The notes under the pieces are model-generated. The model was not told the origin of the DNA and did not search any database. It worked only from the letters and a program-made list of their open reading frames with translations. Position numbers and translations under genes: made by a program. Below are positions 63,430 through 64,000 of a DNA stretch of 64,000 bases, one piece after another (the stretch's first letter is position 1; each line of letters starts with the position of its first letter). Source of the DNA: Desulfovibrionaceae bacterium (GTDB taxonomy: Bacteria > Desulfobacterota > Desulfovibrionia > Desulfovibrionales > Desulfovibrionaceae); NCBI GenBank assembly GCA_031552315.1, contig JAVBMP010000031.1:14548-78547 (forward strand), in the 5' to 3' direction.

Positions 63430-64000
63430 TTAGCGTTTAAGCTGAATTGCGGTCTGCAACATACTGTCCGAGGTCTGAATGGCTTTGGAGTTCATTTCAT
63501 AGGCGCGCTGGCCCACAATCATGTTCACCATTTCGTCCACCACTTCCACGTTGGACATTTCCAGAAAGCCCTGGGCAATGGTGCCGGTGTTTTCTTCGCC
63601 GGGCACGCCTTCCTGAGCTTCGCCAGAGGCTTCGGTTGTGCTGTAGAGGTTGCGGCCCCTGGCATCCAGGCCGGCCGGGTTTATGAAGGTGTAAAGCGGA
63701 ATGTCCGCCCCGGCCAATTCCTGCCCCTGGGCGTCCAGGGCGGCTATGTGCCCGTTTTCCGTCACCACGATATTTTTTGTTTCCGCCGGGACGGTAAATT
63801 CCGGTTGCAGCACGTAGCCGTTGGCCGTGACCATGGTGCCTTCATTGTTCAGTTTGAAGGCCCCGGCCCGGGTGTACATTTCTTCTCCGTTCACCATGAC
63901 CTGGAAGAAGCCATCGCCTTCAATGGCCAGGTCAAGCGGGTTGGTGGTGTTTTGGTAGTCACCCTGAGAAAAGAATTTGTGCACCGTGGTCGGGCGCACG
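63430..64000 (-). CDS. flgG: Flagellar distal rod protein FlgG, C-terminal part; gene runs off the right edge
   Basis: LAIEGDGFFQV, GFLEMSNVEVVDEMVNMIVGQRAYEMNSKAIQTSDSMLQTAIQLKR. Confidence 0.93.
   Translation of the reverse strand, partial: VRPTTVHKFFSQGDYQNTTNPLDLAIEGDGFFQVMVNGEEMYTRAGAFKLNNEGTMVTANGYVLQPEFTVPAETKNIVVTENGHIAALDAQGQELAGADIPLYTFINPAGLDARGRNLYSTTEASGEAQEGVPGEENTGTIAQGFLEMSNVEVVDEMVNMIVGQRAYEMNSKAIQTSDSMLQTAIQLKR

Overview
GC-rich chromosomal segment whose proteins and gene order look Desulfovibrio-like. The taxon is my inference from protein recognition and cannot be verified here. About 55 protein genes are supportable, and nearly all are core functions. They include murJ-rnr, mtaD, the rpmH-rnpA-yidD-yidC-jag-mnmE operon, alaS, recA, rnhA, an Mla/MCE-type lipid transporter, two sensor kinases, a sigma-54 activator, a DciA-like DUF721 gene, a trmJ-like gene, yggS, tlyA, pepP, mutM, two glycosyltransferases, metK and panC. 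There are also two flagellar blocks: motA-motB-motB-fliL-fliN-fliO-fliP-fliQ and flgG-flgA-flgH. I recognised no rRNA, tRNA, CRISPR, transposase or integrase. Accessory content is limited to one visibly AT-richer island carrying a type IV McrBC restriction system (56.3-58.6 kb) and a few XRE/CI-type regulators. The unusual part is the repeat landscape: (i) in-frame 12/15/18/21/36-bp minisatellites sit inside many conserved proteins; (ii) a ~127-bp structured MITE-like element occurs in at least 5 copies, one between fliP and fliQ; (iii) a second small palindromic element shows a filled and an empty site inside (iv) a 144-bp tandem hairpin repeat; (v) ~49-bp GC-rich palindromes lie directly after three minus-strand stop codons. 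The best uncharacterised protein-level candidate is a 900-aa membrane protein with a CCHC zinc knuckle, preceded by a near-consensus sigma-54 promoter. I do not see a convincing multi-gene novel system. All start codons are best guesses, and the ORF track also uses GTG/TTG starts.
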